DNA of 64,000 nt. Source: an uncultured Gemmatimonadaceae bacterium. Lineage in GTDB: Bacteria; Gemmatimonadota; Gemmatimonadetes; Gemmatimonadales; Gemmatimonadaceae. Positions 33,942 to 45,004 of the stretch are shown here, piece by piece (position 1 is the first letter of the stretch; the number at the start of each line of letters is the position of its first letter). The stretch is taken from NCBI GenBank assembly GCA_963781585.1, contig CAWAGQ010000011.1, forward strand, positions 224,001 to 288,000, written 5' to 3'. The position numbers and the translations under genes were made by a program. The notes under the pieces are model-generated. The model made no database searches and had not been told where the DNA came from. It saw only the letters and a program-made list of their open reading frames with translations.

Positions 33942-34190
33942 GGGGGCGCCGATCGGGAGAAAGGTTCTGGGCACAACGCGCGAGCGGGGGGCCGGGTTTC
34001 AGGATGGAGTTCAGGTGCAGCCTTGCCCGAGCCCCGAGTCAGTGGATACATCGTCTTGCGGTTGTGGACGTTGCGACGGTGATTTCAATTGGTTTCCGTT
34101 ATACGACACAAAGGCGTCTGTGGCCAGGTGGAGCTGACTCCACAACTTCCTCGCGTGTACTCTCGTTCGCGGTCTCTCTCGGAGGCACCG

Positions 34191-34652
34191 ATGCTTCGTT
34201 ACTTGACCGTCGTCGGCGTTGCTTGGCTCTTCGTCGGATTCCCCACGGCGTCAAGCGGTCGACTGACTACTCCAGGCAGTTTCCAGCAATCCGACACGCT
34301 CACGCTGGCCTCGGGGGACACGTTGGCCTCCACCCTCCGCATCGTCTTCCCCGGCTATCGTGATCTCATGGGTCGAATCGAGCTACGAACCGAGTGGCTG
34401 AGCGTGCATCCGGATACACTGGAACTCCCTTCGCCGGCGGTGCTGGTGTTGAAGCCCGGGCCGATCGACTTTCAGCTCCGTGCGCCGGCCGGGGATCCCG
34501 CTCTTCGGATCGCATTCCACTACGCTGTGGCAGGGGCAACCACGCAGACGTACTGCGTTGCGGAAGGTTCGACATTGCGAGTGCTTCGCGACGTGGGTAT
34601 GGACCGCCCGAAAGTCCTTCCTGACCGTGCACTCGAGTGCCACATGCGTTAG
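34191..34652 (+). CDS. Hypothetical secreted protein
   Basis: GGAGG RBS and signal-peptide-like N-terminus; family not recognised. Confidence 0.5.
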   Translation: MLRYLTVVGVAWLFVGFPTASSGRLTTPGSFQQSDTLTLASGDTLASTLRIVFPGYRDLMGRIELRTEWLSVHPDTLELPSPAVLVLKPGPIDFQLRAPAGDPALRIAFHYAVAGATTQTYCVAEGSTLRVLRDVGMDRPKVLPDRALECHMR

Positions 34653-34819
34653 GACTTCGGGATCCAGCACCGTCGCTTCTCTGCGGCCTGTTCCGCCCAC
34701 CAGCAGACGTGCCGAGGACGGAGACCGGCCTGGGTTGACAGCATCTCCGCCGCCTCCAGGTCCTCTCGAGCAAAGCGAAGCCATCGGCGCACCTCGTCGC
34801 GGACATCAGGGCTGTTCAT
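34649..34819 (-). pseudogene. Truncated HEPN-domain toxin (56 aa)
   Basis: Manual translation MNSPDVRDEVRRWLRFAREDLEAAE..RHVCWWAEQAAEK, then unrelated sequence and a stop. Overlaps the MNT stop. Confidence 0.75.
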
Positions 34820-35123
34820 AAAGGACCCTGCCTTCGCGCAAGGCCGGCCTCAGTACGCTGCCGACCATGTTGCCCCGTCGCGCTATCTCGTCAGGCGTCG
34901 TCACTATGATGTCCTTGCTGACCAGCATATCGCGAAGGGCGCGGCGAATCTCCACGGCCATCCTCCGCTTGTCGGGTGCGTCGCGGAGCACGACGAGCAG
35001 GTCAATATCGCTCTCGTCGGTGGCCGTGCCACGGGCATGGGACCCAAAGAGGATGATCCGGAGCGGATGGAACTGCCGCACGATGCGCTCGACGGTGTCC
35101 TGAATGGTCCGCTCCGCAGTCAT
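34806..35123 (-). CDS. Minimal nucleotidyltransferase (MNT) antitoxin
   Basis: IILFGSHARG..SDIDLLVV. Confidence 0.9.
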   Translation of the reverse strand: MTAERTIQDTVERIVRQFHPLRIILFGSHARGTATDESDIDLLVVLRDAPDKRRMAVEIRRALRDMLVSKDIIVTTPDEIARRGNMVGSVLRPALREGRVLYEQP

Positions 35124-35184
35124 GTGGCTCCGCTAGGTGAAGAGGCGGGGTGGCTTCGTCGGAAGCCCTGTCGTCGCCGCCACA

Positions 35185-35484
35185 CTATGGCGGTTCCGTT
35201 TCTGAAGGATCCCATGCGCGTCGCACATGCCTGACTGTCAGGATGACAATTCTGTCCGGTTCGCGCCGGTAGACGACTCGGTACGGGTGCACGATCAGTT
35301 CTCGAATCTCCCGGCGTCCGGCTTCGGGGGTCATTCGACCCAGATCGGGGTGACGTATGAGCTGTTCCACCCGGTCGAGAACGCGATTGAGCCATCGTAC
35401 GGCTGCTGCACGGCGACGGGCTGCAATGTAATCGAAGGCCTCTGTGACGCGCGCTTCGGCAAGCGGCGCCCAGACGACTTTCAC
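35185..35484 (-). CDS. RelE/ParE-family toxin
   Basis: MKVVWAPLA..GRMTPE..IRELIVHPYRVVYR. Confidence 0.88.
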   Translation of the reverse strand: MKVVWAPLAEARVTEAFDYIAARRRAAAVRWLNRVLDRVEQLIRHPDLGRMTPEAGRREIRELIVHPYRVVYRREPDRIVILTVRHVRRAWDPSETEPP

Positions 35485-35762
35485 TTGAGCAGTCTGGCGC
35501 GAAGCCGTTTCGCGACTGTCTTGTGCGGGCTGGCCTTTGCTCTCGCCACTTGCCCTTCGGCGGTCCTGATGTCGCGCAAGAGGGCCAGCTCATCGAGCAG
35601 TTCCTCATAGACACCGACGTCGAGCAGCACTGCGGCGCTCCGTCCGTGTTGCGTGAGAATGACGGGACGCCGAGTGCTCTGTACCTGGTCAATCACGGTG
35701 GAGGCGTTCGCCCGGAATTCGGTTACGGGGCGGACGTCTTCGGAAGGGCGCCAGCTGGACAT
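35481..35762 (-). CDS. Phd/YefM-family antitoxin
   Basis: PVTEFR..PVILTQHGRSAAVLL. Palindrome TATTA-CGTACA-TAATA at 35788-35803 upstream. Confidence 0.88.
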   Translation of the reverse strand: MSSWRPSEDVRPVTEFRANASTVIDQVQSTRRPVILTQHGRSAAVLLDVGVYEELLDELALLRDIRTAEGQVARAKASPHKTVAKRLRARLLK

Positions 35763-36130
35763 GACATTACTCCATCGATGGGTGCGCTATTACGTACATA
35801 ATACCGTACTGGTTGACGACTGTCGAGCCCGGAGTGGTCGCGAAGTCCTGGCCGACCGGGTTCAGGGTGTGGCATCCTGTGTTGGATGGCCCGCGCGCAC
35901 CGTGACCAGCCCCGACCAGCATCCGCCGCCTGGCACCCGAGCCTTCCGGAAGATGGAAGCTGAATGCCGGCTCGTCTGCGACACCCGCGTCCAGACAACG
36001 CTGCCGCCCCCACACAGTTGTAACTGAGAGGCTTGGTGGGCCATTCTCCTTCGGGTGGGAGCGCGCCAGGGGGAAGGCAGCTCGACAGCAGCACCAGGGC
36101 CATCGCGATGCACGCGAGAGGAGGTGTCCG

Positions 36131-37306
36131 ATGCGTGACCACAGGAATCCCGGGCCGAAGGCGAGCGCCGATTGGCGATTCGCGAGCGAGAGATGCTTCG
36201 AGTGGTCGCGTCTCGTCAGCCTGTTGACCGCAACGTGCGTGAGTCATGCTCTTCTCGCGCAGGATGTACCGGTTGTGGAGGTGCCTGACGCCCCGAGCTG
36301 CCCGCGGTGCACCATATCGATCGACACTCTGGCGGTCCTCGGCACGCCGGACGGACCGGGATCGCTGAGTGGGATTCCCTCAATGGTGCGCGTCGACAGC
36401 AAGGGGCGCTACTGGGTGTTCGATCCCCAAACGCAGATTCGCGTGTTCGCCGCGGATGGCGTCTTTCTGCAAGGCGTCGGCGGTCACGGGCGTGGCCCTG
36501 GCGAGTTCGTCTACCCCGGGGATGCATTTCCGGTGAGCGGTGATTCGATGGTGGTGCTCGACGGCATCATGCGTGCGACCGTTGTCGGGCCGGATCTGGT
36601 GCCAGGACGGATGATTCAGCTGTTCCATATTCTGTCTCCCGCCGTGGCGCTCCATTGGCCCGACGTCGTGGTGGTGCACGGAGAGGTCAATACGCCGGGT
36701 GGAGCAGGATGGCCGTTGCATGGCGCGTCGTTCGCGGGGGCGGACCTGGAGCTGGGCGCGTCATTCGGGCCCGAGCGCGGCGAGCGGCGGCCCGGCAGAT
36801 TCGAGCACGTGAAGCAGCTGGTTGCGCCTGCGCGGGGTGCCGGATTCTGGACCGCGGATCAGGTGCGGTATCGGATTCACCGATGGAGCATGTCGCTCGT
36901 GAGGCAGCAGACGCTCGAGCGTCGTCCACCCTGGTTCGCTGAAGAATCCATCTACTGGGTCGGGAACAAGACCACGCATCCGCCGCCTCTGGTGAAGGGC
37001 ATCAGCGAGGATAGCGCGGGGATGGTCTGGTGTCTTGTCGGCATTCCCTCCGCGAACTGGAAGAGCGCGTGGCCAGACTACCCGGAAGGCACGAAGGAGC
37101 TGTCGGCGAGGAGCGTCTCGATCGAGAAGCTCTATGACACGGCGATCGAGGTTATCGATCCGGGAGCCGGTCGAGTCGTCGCCCGTCGTGTGCTGCAGAG
37201 CTTCCCGATGGGAGCATTGCCCGATGGGCGCGCGGCACTGTACGGACTCGATGCCAATGACACTCCGCGTGTGGCGATCATCCGGCTGCGCGTTGTTGGC
37301 CGATAG
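36131..37306 (+). CDS. Secreted 6-bladed beta-propeller protein with N-terminal CxxC
   Basis: PSCPRCTI, GGHGRGPGEF, EDSAGMVW; paralog of 14102..15235. Confidence 0.75.
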   Translation: MRDHRNPGPKASADWRFASERCFEWSRLVSLLTATCVSHALLAQDVPVVEVPDAPSCPRCTISIDTLAVLGTPDGPGSLSGIPSMVRVDSKGRYWVFDPQTQIRVFAADGVFLQGVGGHGRGPGEFVYPGDAFPVSGDSMVVLDGIMRATVVGPDLVPGRMIQLFHILSPAVALHWPDVVVVHGEVNTPGGAGWPLHGASFAGADLELGASFGPERGERRPGRFEHVKQLVAPARGAGFWTADQVRYRIHRWSMSLVRQQTLERRPPWFAEESIYWVGNKTTHPPPLVKGISEDSAGMVWCLVGIPSANWKSAWPDYPEGTKELSARSVSIEKLYDTAIEVIDPGAGRVVARRVLQSFPMGALPDGRAALYGLDANDTPRVAIIRLRVVGR

Positions 37307-37359
37307 GTCGGCGATAGAAGCTCATATCACCCGGCCGGCGCTTCGACCGACAACGCTCT

Positions 37360-38260
37360 TCAGTTCTTCAGCCATATGTACACGAACGACACCAACCCCG
37401 GGCGTGCGCGAACCTTGTATCTCACAGAGTACTTGCTGTCGGAAATGATCGCCATGTGCGCCCAGACTCCACACGGGGGTCTCCGAACTGCACCCGCAGG
37501 CCGGGCTGGCTGGCGAGTTCGCTGTCCTGGTCACCGCTCCCGTAGACTTCCACCATCGCCACGTCCTCGGCCAGGAAGTCCTTGAGGCGCATTTGCGGTG
37601 CCGGTATGCCGTTCAGGAAAACGCATTCGTCGTTCACGATGGTCAGGCCCTTCATCAGGAACGACGGCGAGTACCGCAGCGCGACATCCAGCGTCTTCCC
37701 ACCGCGCGGTGCGAGCTCCGGCCGAGGCACGATGACGGAATTCGGCACCGATCGCCGGTCCAGCCGCATCTTCATGTCAATGAACAATTGCTCGGCGTTT
37801 CTGTTGGCCTTGGTGGCGGGACGGTCGAGCGCCAACGAGAGCTCGACGGCGTCCCTTTCCGGGACGACGACCGAGAGGAAGAGCGTCTTGAATCCCGCGT
37901 GGATCGCCCGCACCACGTAGGCGCCGGGACGGATGTTCGGAAAGGAGAACCTGCCATCGGCGCCCGTCGGCGTTCTGGTGCGCGTTTCCAGTACCTGGAC
38001 GTCGACGCCACTGAGGGTACTCAGGTCGGTCCCAACAACAGTGGCGCCGAACATGCCCGTGCGATGGGCGACCACCGCCAGCGTGTCCAGCTGAAACGCC
38101 AGTTGTGCCAGGACGATCGTGACCTCGAGGCCGGCCTCCGGCACGTCGACGGAGCGCTCGTCAGGCTGGTGCCCGACCCACACCGTGCGAAGTTCGTGCG
38201 GACCGGGGGCAACGTTCGCGAAGCGGAAGCGACCCTGCGTGTCAGCGCCCGTGACGCGGC
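37360..38260 (-). pseudogene. 5'-truncated carboxypeptidase-regulatory/plug-like paralog with frameshifts near the 3' end
   Basis: ADTQGRFRF..GADGRFSF..VPRPEL..CVFLNG..VAMVEVY. Another frame supplies VSFVYIWLKN* ending at 37360; no signal peptide. Confidence 0.7.
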
Positions 38261-38543
38261 TGCGGATACGACCGCGGCAGCGCAACGCATGGCGGGTTCC
38301 CTCAATGCGTGGGGTTGGACGGACCCGGTGGCATCGACGTCTGAGCAGTCACATATACTGTTCGGCTTGGCGCAGGTTCCGGCCCGGCCCGCACGCTGGA
38401 AACGACCGGCTTCGCACGCTGCAGGGGAGTCCAGTCATTCTCGAAGGACGGGCGCGACCACGCCAACGTTGTGTTGGAGGGCACGAGGCTCGATGCGCAC
38501 GCGAACAAGTTCGCTCAGGTTCGGGAGGCTTTGGACAGCACGC

Positions 38544-39671
38544 ATGCGACGGACTCTCCGTGCATGCGCCTGCGTCATCACCGTCGTCGTGGGCGCCCCG
38601 CCTCAGCGCGCGATCGGGCAACAAGAGTGGTCCCTGATCGAAGACCTGCGAATCGGCTCGGAATCGGACACCGCGACGGAGTTCTCCGACATTCGGGGCA
38701 TTGCGGTGGGTGCCGACGGCCGGATCTTCGTGCTGGACTTCCAGACGCAGACCATTCGCATGTTCGACGCGAATGGCCGGCTCCTGAAACGCATTGCGCG
38801 ACGGGGCGGGGGTCCCGGTGAGATTCGCGCGGCGAATGGCATGGCGGTGGCGCGAAATGGCGACCTGTGGGTAGACGATCCGGGCAACGGCCGCTTCAGC
38901 GTCTTTTCCGCTGAGGGCGAATTCCTCACGCAGCACCCGATGGTTGCCAGAAGCGTGTCGTGGACATGGGATGCGGCCCTCACGTCGTCAGGCGACCTCT
39001 ACGAGTTCACCGTAGTCGGTACGGCTGCGGGAAGACAGGCGGCGCTTCTGCGGTTTGCATCCGATGGCTCGGTGAGAGACACGCTCGCGGTCCCGCCGTG
39101 TGCTTCGAAGGAGTTGAAGGCCTCCGAAGCCGAATTCGAAGGACATGGCCCGGGCGGACGGCGAATCCTGCTGGGTATTCCCTACCTGGTGCGTCCGGTT
39201 ACCGTGCTGGATGCTCAGGGGACTCTCTGGTGTTCGTCTCGGGATAGGTACGAGGTGTTGCGGTTGGGCCTTCCCGGCCTCGACACTCTGGCTCGGATTG
39301 AGCGCGACGACCGCCCGCTTCCCATCGCCCGCGCGGAGCGTGACGCCGCCGTAGTGGCGATACGCGAAATCTTTCGACGCTCCGGCGCACCGGAACCCGA
39401 CTACACCCGGATTCCACGGGTTCGACCGGCCATCGAGCAGCTCGACGTGGATGACCAGGGGCGTGTCTGGGTCCGTCGCGCTTCCAGCGACACCGCGCCG
39501 ACGCACTTCGACGTGTGGGACTCGGCCGGCCGGCTGGTGGCCGTCGCAACGCTACCGGTTGCGGTTTCGGGGTTTCCGGAGCACGTGATCATTCGAGCGG
39601 ACCGGATGTACGCGGTAGTCGTCGACCAGAACGACGTCCCGCGTGTGATTCGAGCTCGCATTCGCCGTTGA
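38544..39671 (+). CDS. Secreted 6-bladed beta-propeller protein
   Basis: EDLRIGS..GRIFVLD..RRGGGPGEI..DDQGRVWV. The 5' part of the listed 692-aa ORF is antisense to another gene. Confidence 0.8.
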   Translation: MRRTLRACACVITVVVGAPPQRAIGQQEWSLIEDLRIGSESDTATEFSDIRGIAVGADGRIFVLDFQTQTIRMFDANGRLLKRIARRGGGPGEIRAANGMAVARNGDLWVDDPGNGRFSVFSAEGEFLTQHPMVARSVSWTWDAALTSSGDLYEFTVVGTAAGRQAALLRFASDGSVRDTLAVPPCASKELKASEAEFEGHGPGGRRILLGIPYLVRPVTVLDAQGTLWCSSRDRYEVLRLGLPGLDTLARIERDDRPLPIARAERDAAVVAIREIFRRSGAPEPDYTRIPRVRPAIEQLDVDDQGRVWVRRASSDTAPTHFDVWDSAGRLVAVATLPVAVSGFPEHVIIRADRMYAVVVDQNDVPRVIRARIRR

Positions 39672-39679
39672 AGGCCGGC

Positions 39680-40773
39680 TCACGGCCATGGATATCGCCG
39701 GAGTTGCTCCACGCCGTCGTCATCGGTGAGGGCAGTGAAGATCCAGCGCGCACCGGAACCGACAACGCGGCCCGCCTTCGCCAGTTCGAGGCGACCGGTG
39801 AGTCGACCTTCCGATCGACGAGGTCGTAGCGCTGCACGTTGTCATCCGTCAGCGCAACGCGATGGATGAGCACTTTGCCGTCCGGCGCCGCAAAGAGGGC
39901 GGCTCTCTGAAATGGCGGCACATACTCAGGCCAATCGGGAAGAATACTGGTCGGTGCGTCCCTGAACGGGGCGAGATCGCGCGCGAGCACCATGCGCTTG
40001 ATCCGTTCGTCGACGCGGACCGCCGCGGTATCCAGATTCGCACCGCGGATCATCCGGCCATCTGCTGCCCGCCAGTCGATTCGGTAGGGATTCAGACGAG
40101 CCAAGGCGATCCATCCGTCAGGGAACAGCAGCGCCTGCTCGTCGACAAGTAGCGGGTTGGCCACGAACGCTAACGCCCCACCGCGCGACGGCGCGACACG
40201 ATTCAAGCGGATGTTGGCGCTCCGGAGGCGCGCCACGGTGTCCACCCGAAAGACCGCCAATGTGCCCCGAACAAGCACCACGGAATCGGGACGGCTATGA
40301 GAAACCCGAATGGGAGGACCACGCACGGCCAGGAGGTGTCCGGCGCGATCACCTCCGGCGAGGTGCAGTCCGAAGGTAGCGACGCGAGCGTCGGTGGAAG
40401 ACACAGTCGCGACGATGCGATCGTGGGCCAGCACCAACCATCGGCTGAGATCGGAATCGGGGGCAAGCGTGGAATCGACTCCGAGCGAAACGAGATCGCC
40501 AAGCGCTTCGTACTCTCCAGGTCCGCGACCGATGCGGCTGATTTCTGCAATGCGCCTCGGCGGCCATTGCAAGTGGACGAGACGTCTATCATGCACGTCC
40601 GTCACAAGCAACGTCCCATCCTGCAACTCGCGAACGGCGCCGACTCGCGAGAACTCCTCCTGGAAGGTCTCGCCGCCGCTCAGACGGATTGGCGCGTACC
40701 CCTGGGCGAGCGCAAGCCACAGCGGCCAGCACGTGAACAGCCAAACCCAACTCGAGCCGATTAGTCGCGTCAA
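39680..40773 (-). CDS. Secreted beta-propeller-like protein; frameshift near 39800
   Basis: FSRVGAVREL.DG, GRGPGEY. An alternate frame gives the family-type end TDDDGVEQLRRYPWP*. Confidence 0.7.
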
Positions 40774-41096
40774 GCGGACCAGGTTCCTTCACCGGGTATG
40801 GGACGCACCATGGCATCTCCCGCGATCGGGAGAGAGAACTTGCAAGGATCCGTGATCCAGCTAGCACCGGAACCGGACGATGGCCCTAGCCGGGCTTCAA
40901 CGCCATCGCGGCGCCGCCTTTCTGCTACGGGCTTCCCGGACCGTTCGTTCCTCGCCCGGTCGGAGCGAAGGTCCATCGAGCCGCCCGGAGAATCAGGAAG
41001 CCGCCGGCCTGGCCGACTGGCGAACCTTGCGGTGGTCCGGTGTAGCATCAACTTCGAGTCCTGAGCGCCAGGTCATCCGCGCCGATTCTTTCTGGC

Positions 41097-42209
41097 ATGA
41101 GCATCCGTCTGATTCTTCCAGCCATCGTGCTGAGCCTCGCGGCGGGGGCCGTACCGCTCGCTGCGCAACGCGACGTCGTCGTGGCCGGCACTGTGCGCGA
41201 CGAAGCGGGAAATCCGATCGAGGACGCCCTCGTGGTCCTGGATGCGAGCTCGGATCGGCGACTCACCAGAAGCGACTCGACGGGCCGCTTCCGCTTCGAC
41301 CGCGTGCCGGTGGGCCCGCACGAACTTGCCACGGCCTACCTGCGCTTCGTGACCGACCTCCGGACGATCGATGTGGGCGCCGATGGCCTCGAGGTCGACA
41401 TCACTCTGCGACGGAACACGGCGCTCCTGGACACCGTGCACGTGGTGACCCAACGGACGGGCGTGCACGGCCTGCTGATCGCGCACGAGGACATCACACC
41501 ACTGGCCGGTGGTGAGGTGCAGTTGCTCGGCGCGAACCTGCACGCAAAGACCGGAGCGGATGGACGCTTCGATTTCCCCAGGGTCAGGCCCGGCGGGTAC
41601 GTGGTGTACGTGAAGCGCGACGGCTACCAGTCGCGGATGCTGTCGATCGTGGTTCCGCGCGACAGTGCGGTGGACCTCGCCCTGAACGTGGACCGCTCCA
41701 CGTCGCAGTCCGACAAGCGGCTGGAGATGGTCCTGCACGAGTTCGACCGTCGCAAGACGTGGGCGGTCCACGGGAACGCTGCCCTGATTCCGCGGCAGGA
41801 ACTGTCGGCGCACTCCGGACAACAGTTGGGGAGCGCGCTGCGCTATTCGATGACGTTCCTGATCAAGGGGCTGGTGGTCGATGACAGCACGTGCGTGTAC
41901 ATCAACGGCATCTTCCAGCCCTCGTTGTCCGTCGACGACATCCCGGTCCAGGGGATCGAGGCGGTGGAAGTGTACGGCACGAATTCCGACTTCACCGGCA
42001 CGGTCACGTACCGGCACGGTGAGCGACCCTCGCGCCTGCCGCCAAGGGCGATCTGCGGCTCGGGGTCGCCGCGCAGCGAAGCGGCGATCGGGCTGGAGGA
42101 CCTGGCGAAGCAGGTGCAGACCATGGGCCCAGGAGGCAAGAACAAATTGCCCGGCGCACGCGGAAATCCGGCCCGCGCGGAGGCGATCGTCATCTGGGTC
42201 AGGCCGTAG
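41097..42209 (+). CDS. Secreted protein with two carboxypeptidase-regulatory-like domains and a plug-like domain (intact)
   Basis: Signal peptide; GTVRDEAGNPI, SDSTGRFRF, GADGRFDF, CVYING, IEAVEVY, IVIWVRP. Confidence 0.82.
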   Translation: MSIRLILPAIVLSLAAGAVPLAAQRDVVVAGTVRDEAGNPIEDALVVLDASSDRRLTRSDSTGRFRFDRVPVGPHELATAYLRFVTDLRTIDVGADGLEVDITLRRNTALLDTVHVVTQRTGVHGLLIAHEDITPLAGGEVQLLGANLHAKTGADGRFDFPRVRPGGYVVYVKRDGYQSRMLSIVVPRDSAVDLALNVDRSTSQSDKRLEMVLHEFDRRKTWAVHGNAALIPRQELSAHSGQQLGSALRYSMTFLIKGLVVDDSTCVYINGIFQPSLSVDDIPVQGIEAVEVYGTNSDFTGTVTYRHGERPSRLPPRAICGSGSPRSEAAIGLEDLAKQVQTMGPGGKNKLPGARGNPARAEAIVIWVRP

Positions 42210-42226
42210 CCTGACCAGACGCCCCG

Positions 42227-44974
42227 CTACTCACTCCGCAGCGCCGTCACCGGATCCACCCGCGCCGCCCGCAGCGCCGGCACCAGTGCCGCGGCCACCG
42301 CCACCACCAGCAGCACTGCGACCACGATCGCGATCGTCGCGGGGTCGTGCGGCGTGATGCCGTACAACAGCGACGCCACGAAGCGACCGGCAAGAATGGC
42401 GAGCGCCACACCCACCGCGACGCCGATCACCACGGTGCGCAGGCCGTCGGTGAGCACGTGCTTCACCACGTCGCCCAGACGCGCCCCCAGCGCGACCCGC
42501 ACACCGAATTCGTGGGTTCGCTGGTTCACGTTGTACGATACCGTGCTGTACACGCCCACCGCCGCCACCACCGCGGCGAGGATCCCGAACAGCGTGAAGA
42601 GCGTCGCCCCCAGCCGCCACGGCCGGTACTGCGGCGCCATGACGTCAGACATCCGCTCGATCACCGGCTCCCCGTCGGGGAACGCCTGCTTGAGTGTCGC
42701 GCGCACTTCGCCGACGACGGCCGGAACATTCTGCTCGCTGGCGCGGATCGCGAGCTGGCGAGAGTTGTATGCGACGAACGGCATGTTCCCGAGCGGCAGA
42801 TAGAACTGCGGCGTGGCGTCTTCGATCACTGCACCCCAACGCGCTGTCTCCACCACGCCGATCACGGCGTTGCAGCGTCCGTCGGGTTCCGCAAACCGCA
42901 CGCAGCGGCCGAGCGGGTCCTGGCCCGGCCACAGCGCCTTCGCCATTGCGCTGTTGACGATGACGGCCGGCGCCGAGCCGGGGCCCTCGTCAGGCGGGAA
43001 GTCGCTGCCCGAGACGATGCGCGTCCCGGTGGTCGCGAAGTATCCCGGTGACACCGCCCAGAACATGCCCATGGGCTTGGGGTGCGCGATGGTGTCGGTC
43101 TCCGGGAAGTACGTCTCCGTACTGAAGCCCCACATGGGGCGCATCCCCGCGAGCGCCGCGCCCTGGATTCCCGGCATGCCGCGCAGACGATCCACGACCT
43201 CGGCCAGTCTCGGCGACAACGTCGAGTCGCGATGCGGATCCTTCGACTCGAAGACCATGTGCGCGTACAGCAACCCTCTGACGTCGAAGCCCAGATCGAG
43301 CGCGCGAACGTTCGCGAGGCTGCGCACGAACAAGGCGGCGCCCACGAGCAGCATCACCGAGAGCGCGGCCTGCGTGACCACGAGTGCCGAGCGGGCGCGG
43401 GAGCGTCGCACGTAGCCCTCGCGCGCGCCGGCCTTGAGCACCTCGGTGAGCTCGGTCGATCCGGACTGCAGGGCCGGAATCGCGCCCGCGACCATCCCCG
43501 CGGCAAGGGTCGCGAGCGCCGCGCCGCCAAGCACACGCCAGTCGACCGGCGAATGCGCCCAGTGCACGTCAGGCAGGAGGAGGGCCCGCAGCGCGAGACC
43601 GCCCCACTGCGCCGCGAGAATCGCACCCACGCCGGCGAGCAACGCCAGCAGGACGCTCTCCGACAGCACCAGGCGCGTGAGCCGGGCCCGCGAAATGCCG
43701 AGCGCCAGGCGCATCGCGATCTCCCGCCGCCGGCGGACGGCGCGCGCGAGCAACAGATTCACCACGTTGGCGCAAGCGATGATCAGCACGATGAGCGCGA
43801 CGCCGCCGAGGCGCACCGCGATCTCCACCTCCTGCTGCTTCTTCCCCGGTCCACGCGCGGCAATGATCGAGCCGGTGCGCGCGACCGATGTCGAATCGAG
43901 CAGCGCAGTGGGTCGCGACTGCCCGGACTGGCCCTCATTGTTGCGCGAAGCGATCACGTCATCGGGACGCCGCAGCACCGCGGTCGTCTGCGCATCGATC
44001 GCGTCGTCGCTGGCGCCGGCGGCCTCACGAATGAGAACCTTGAAACCATTGACATTGCTGTCCAACCACCACGGCGTGTTGCCGCGTGACTTCATGCTGG
44101 CGAACGGCACCCACACGTCGACCGCGTCCAGATCAACGCCGGTGAATTGCGGGTCGCAGACGCCGACGATCGCGTACGACTCATCGTTCAGCAGGATCGA
44201 TTGGCCGAGCACGCCCGGGTCGCCGCCCAGGCTGTGCCGAAAGAAGCGATCGCTCACCACTGCCACTTTGAGCCCGGCACCCAGGCGGTCTTCCTCGGCG
44301 GAGAAGAACCGCCCCTGAGCGGGCCGCACGCCGAGGAGGCGAAAGTAGTCGTCCGAGGTGGAGACCATCTTGGCCTGTGGCGCAGCGAACCCTCGGCCAA
44401 CCTTCACCTGCTCCGGCCCGCGATAGATCGCGGTCGTGCCTAGGCCGGCCAGCCCCTCGCGGATGAGTTCGTATCGCTGGTAGTCGTAGCCGGGCCAGAA
44501 CTGTCGCCCGCTACGGAAGTCCCGTTGCGTCCAGAGCCGCCGCACCTGCTCCGGATGCACGACCCCGGTGGGCGGCCGCAGGTAGACGGCGTTGAGCAGG
44601 GTGAACATCGCGGCGTTGACGCCGAGTCCGAGTGCGAGCGTGAGGATGATGGTGGCGGTGACGGCCGGGGTGCGGCGCAGCGAGCGCGCGGCGTAGGCGA
44701 TGTCCTGTCGCCACGCGTCGAGCCGTTCGCCACGCTTCTCGCGGCGCGCCATGCGCTCGTCGATGTCGCGCAGTCCGCGGCGCACGGTGGTCACGTCGCC
44801 GAACTCCTCGAGCGCCACGGTGCGCGCCGCCTCGGGCGTCATCCCCTGCGCCACCAGCTCGTCGATGCGCGCCTCAAGGTGGAAGTGCAGCTCGTCGTCG
44901 ATGTCGCCCTGCACGTTGCGGCGCAGGAAGCGGAGGTATCGGCGCCAGCGTGGCGTGCCGCTCAGAAACTCCAT
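42227..44974 (-). CDS. ADOP-family duplicated ABC permease
   Basis: DIDDELHFHLE prefix domain, IACANVVNLLLAR, QRTHEFGVRVALGA. Confidence 0.93.
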   Translation of the reverse strand: MEFLSGTPRWRRYLRFLRRNVQGDIDDELHFHLEARIDELVAQGMTPEAARTVALEEFGDVTTVRRGLRDIDERMARREKRGERLDAWRQDIAYAARSLRRTPAVTATIILTLALGLGVNAAMFTLLNAVYLRPPTGVVHPEQVRRLWTQRDFRSGRQFWPGYDYQRYELIREGLAGLGTTAIYRGPEQVKVGRGFAAPQAKMVSTSDDYFRLLGVRPAQGRFFSAEEDRLGAGLKVAVVSDRFFRHSLGGDPGVLGQSILLNDESYAIVGVCDPQFTGVDLDAVDVWVPFASMKSRGNTPWWLDSNVNGFKVLIREAAGASDDAIDAQTTAVLRRPDDVIASRNNEGQSGQSRPTALLDSTSVARTGSIIAARGPGKKQQEVEIAVRLGGVALIVLIIACANVVNLLLARAVRRRREIAMRLALGISRARLTRLVLSESVLLALLAGVGAILAAQWGGLALRALLLPDVHWAHSPVDWRVLGGAALATLAAGMVAGAIPALQSGSTELTEVLKAGAREGYVRRSRARSALVVTQAALSVMLLVGAALFVRSLANVRALDLGFDVRGLLYAHMVFESKDPHRDSTLSPRLAEVVDRLRGMPGIQGAALAGMRPMWGFSTETYFPETDTIAHPKPMGMFWAVSPGYFATTGTRIVSGSDFPPDEGPGSAPAVIVNSAMAKALWPGQDPLGRCVRFAEPDGRCNAVIGVVETARWGAVIEDATPQFYLPLGNMPFVAYNSRQLAIRASEQNVPAVVGEVRATLKQAFPDGEPVIERMSDVMAPQYRPWRLGATLFTLFGILAAVVAAVGVYSTVSYNVNQRTHEFGVRVALGARLGDVVKHVLTDGLRTVVIGVAVGVALAILAGRFVASLLYGITPHDPATIAIVVAVLLVVAVAAALVPALRAARVDPVTALRSE

Positions 44975-45004
44975 TGGTCTTGCGGGCCGGGTGTCGGAGG
45001 GTCG

